Source of the DNA: Leptogorgia sarmentosa
Lineage: Eukaryota
Direction: 5' to 3'
DNA: 64,000 bases
NCBI GenBank assembly: GCA_964658305.1
Contig: OZ210885.1
Coordinates: forward strand, 12,214,001-12,278,000
Shown: positions 62,348-64,000 of the stretch, piece after piece
How positions within the stretch are numbered: the stretch's first letter is position 1
Layout of the letters: each line of letters begins with the position of its first letter
Program-made: the position numbers and the translations under genes
The notes under the pieces: generated by a model
Databases searched by the model: none
What the model saw: the letters and a program-made list of their open reading frames with translations, nothing else
What the model was told of the DNA's origin: nothing

Positions 62348-63039
62348 ATTATTATATGGCTGACATAAATGCCGCACGCTGATTGGTTGATTAGCGGTCC
62401 GGAAAAAGTCATCTTGCCCGCTCAGGAAAGTCATCTTGCCCGCTCGTGAAACTATTATACAAATTAAATTTTTAAGGAAACTAAATCTTATTATGCCGTA
62501 CGGTGACGTTGAAGAACACTCCCCGATTGAATTTTACTGTCCCAGAAAAACACACGATCCAAAATGCTGAGTTTTAAAGTGAAAATAACGGCGAACAAAA
62601 CAACAGTTCGAAAACTGTTGCGAACATTGTTTTCACAGCACTTAAATGGCTTCATTTCGCATCGAACATTTGTTGTTTATCACGACATTTACATTGTATT
62701 TCTTTATTCAATTTTTTCCTTTGTTGTATTTTTATTGTTTTGTTGTTGTACAGCAGTGAACGGCCAGAAACCGCCATTCAGTATGCCAGTGTATACGGCT
62801 GAACGTTTTAGCAGCGAAAGTGTTTTCTAGTTCTTTCTACAATGTCAGAACAAATTGCGATCGAACAAAGCCATATAATAAATCCCTTATTAACCTCGTT
62901 TGCTCGGTCTGTACGGGAAAGTATTGCCTTCGGTTTTTAACGCACAGACCTCGCTCCTTCGTCGCTCGGTCTGTACGAAAACCCTCAGGCAATACTTTCC
63001 CGTACAGACCTCGCACTCGGTTAATAAGTCCTTATTATT
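62348..63039 (-). mobile_element. Non-autonomous terminal-hairpin element inserted in the right palindrome arm
   Basis: Right-end foldback with TC/TC bulges. ATTATATGGCT / AGCCATATAAT pair. TGATTGG. ATTATT at both junctions. Absent from the left arm. Confidence 0.85.
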
Positions 63040-63075
63040 TTTATATCCCCTCTCGGAAGGTTTTCAATGGAGTCG

Positions 63076-63081
63076 GTGTCT

Positions 63082-63125
<44 letters not shown>

Positions 63126-63149
63126 TTGGTTCGAGTCCAACCAGGGACG
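63076..63149 (+). tRNA. tRNA-Asn(GTT)
   Basis: Mirror of 61262-61335. Confidence 0.8.
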
Positions 63150-63272
63150 TGTTTGGTGTGATGTTATTCAGACGTCCTGACGGTAAATGTAACCGAAATT
63201 TTTGCGCGAGGTTTTCTAAGGATTTATGGAAGCTTTCAAAAAAAGAGAACGTCTTACTTGGTTAATTAACTA

Positions 63273-63344
63273 GGGCTTGCACCGGAATCGAACCCGTGAC
63301 CTCTCGCATCCTAAGCGAGAATCATACCACTAGACCAGCAAGCC
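63273..63344 (-). tRNA. tRNA-Pro(AGG), variant
   Basis: Mirror of 61068-61139. Confidence 0.8.
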
Positions 63345-63655
63345 GTTGTTGATACCAAATTGTTTTCTAATGTATTTTGTAGTGACAAAGAAAAATTTGG
63401 TATTAATGTTTCCAAAACATTTTCCAATCGATCTTCGCGGAAGAAATCAGATTTTGGTGAAAAAATAGTATCAATTATTGCTGTATTTTTACGACCCAGA
63501 GGGTTAAGATGGATATACTACCATTCGTGTTAAATATATCCTCCAATGCTTGAAAACGATTAGTCCTGCTGTTAATTACTGCAATATTTTGTTGGATTTT
63601 ACTGACAGATTGAAGATATTTTCATTTCGAAGTGCAAGCCAATATTACTGCCAAC

Positions 63656-63737
63656 GTAGTCGTGGCCGAGCGGTTAAGGCGGCAGACTTGAAATCTGTTG
63701 GGAAATTCCCGCGCAGGTTCAAATCCTGCCGACTACG
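63656..63737 (+). tRNA. tRNA-Ser(TGA)
   Basis: Mirror of 60675-60756. Confidence 0.9.
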
Positions 63738-63874
63738 GAAAAGCGATTTTTTCTAGGATGTAGCTATTTGGCAAAATTAATGGCGTAGTAGCGCTTTTAA
63801 AATGGTTTGATTTCAGAGAACGAGTTTGAAAATGTGAACACAAGCTGATTCAAATTGAAATTTTCAGAAAAAAA

Positions 63875-63946
63875 CTACCACGCCAGGATTCGAACCCGGG
63901 CCATGGCGGTGAAAACGCCATAACCGAACTATTAGACCACATGGGA
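63875..63946 (-). pseudogene. tRNA-Glu(TTC), D-arm mutated
   Basis: Mirror of 60465-60536. Confidence 0.7.
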
Positions 63947-64000
63947 GTGATATTTCCCATCAGCCCGCTTTGAGGAATTTGAAAGGTTTCCAGTTTATAG

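Larger units (their letters stand above)
60459..63952. repeat. Large inverted duplication of the Glu-Ser-Pro-Asn tRNA block
   Basis: 60459-61773 is the near-perfect reverse complement of 61953-63952 once 62348-63033 is removed. Confidence 0.95.

Noticed and set aside
50989..63756. Repeated short ORFs (e.g. SLWRNRLARSAVNRKVVGSSPTRD, MKTISPAVN...)
   Set aside because: They are translations of duplicated tRNA genes and their flanks, not proteins.
24974..63952. Functional link between the HEPN protein and the tRNA cluster (anticodon-nuclease idea)
   Set aside because: Only proximity (over 20 kb to the main cluster, with another gene between) supports it. Eukaryotic neighbourhood does not imply function.
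1..64000. Prokaryotic or viral origin
   Set aside because: Low coding density, spliceosomal introns, eukaryotic tRNAs lacking encoded CCA, and animal TE families indicate a metazoan nuclear genome.

Overview
AT-rich eukaryotic animal genomic DNA. The gene and repeat content suggest a cnidarian or coral, but this is inference. Two host genes are supported. One is a 1394-aa HEPN-coiled coil-NACHT-WD40-like STAND/NLR-like protein with an intronless CDS (24974-29158, +). The other is a spliced type II membrane, STELLO/DUF288-like glycosyltransferase-like gene (32565-~37373, -). Most of the rest is mobile DNA: BEL/Pao LTR remnants, a LINE tail, a decayed Crypton tyrosine recombinase, a Tc1 relic, a head-to-head pair of Penelope-like elements with a hammerhead ribozyme, a CCC...GGG element with 61-bp arrays, and many MITEs. 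From 49.7 kb to the end there is a dense, rearranging cluster of about 35 tRNA genes and pseudogenes, including a 3.5-kb inverted duplication centred on a Tc1/mariner MITE. The most striking unexplained signal is about nine non-coding elements of largely unrelated sequence. Each ends in a ~120-190-bp foldback whose mismatches are mostly tandem GA/GA pairs, often capped by a GNA triloop, on a strand fixed by element orientation. This points to a conserved single-stranded DNA structure, plausibly the recombination site of the Crypton recombinase. All coordinates were read by eye and may be off by a few bases.
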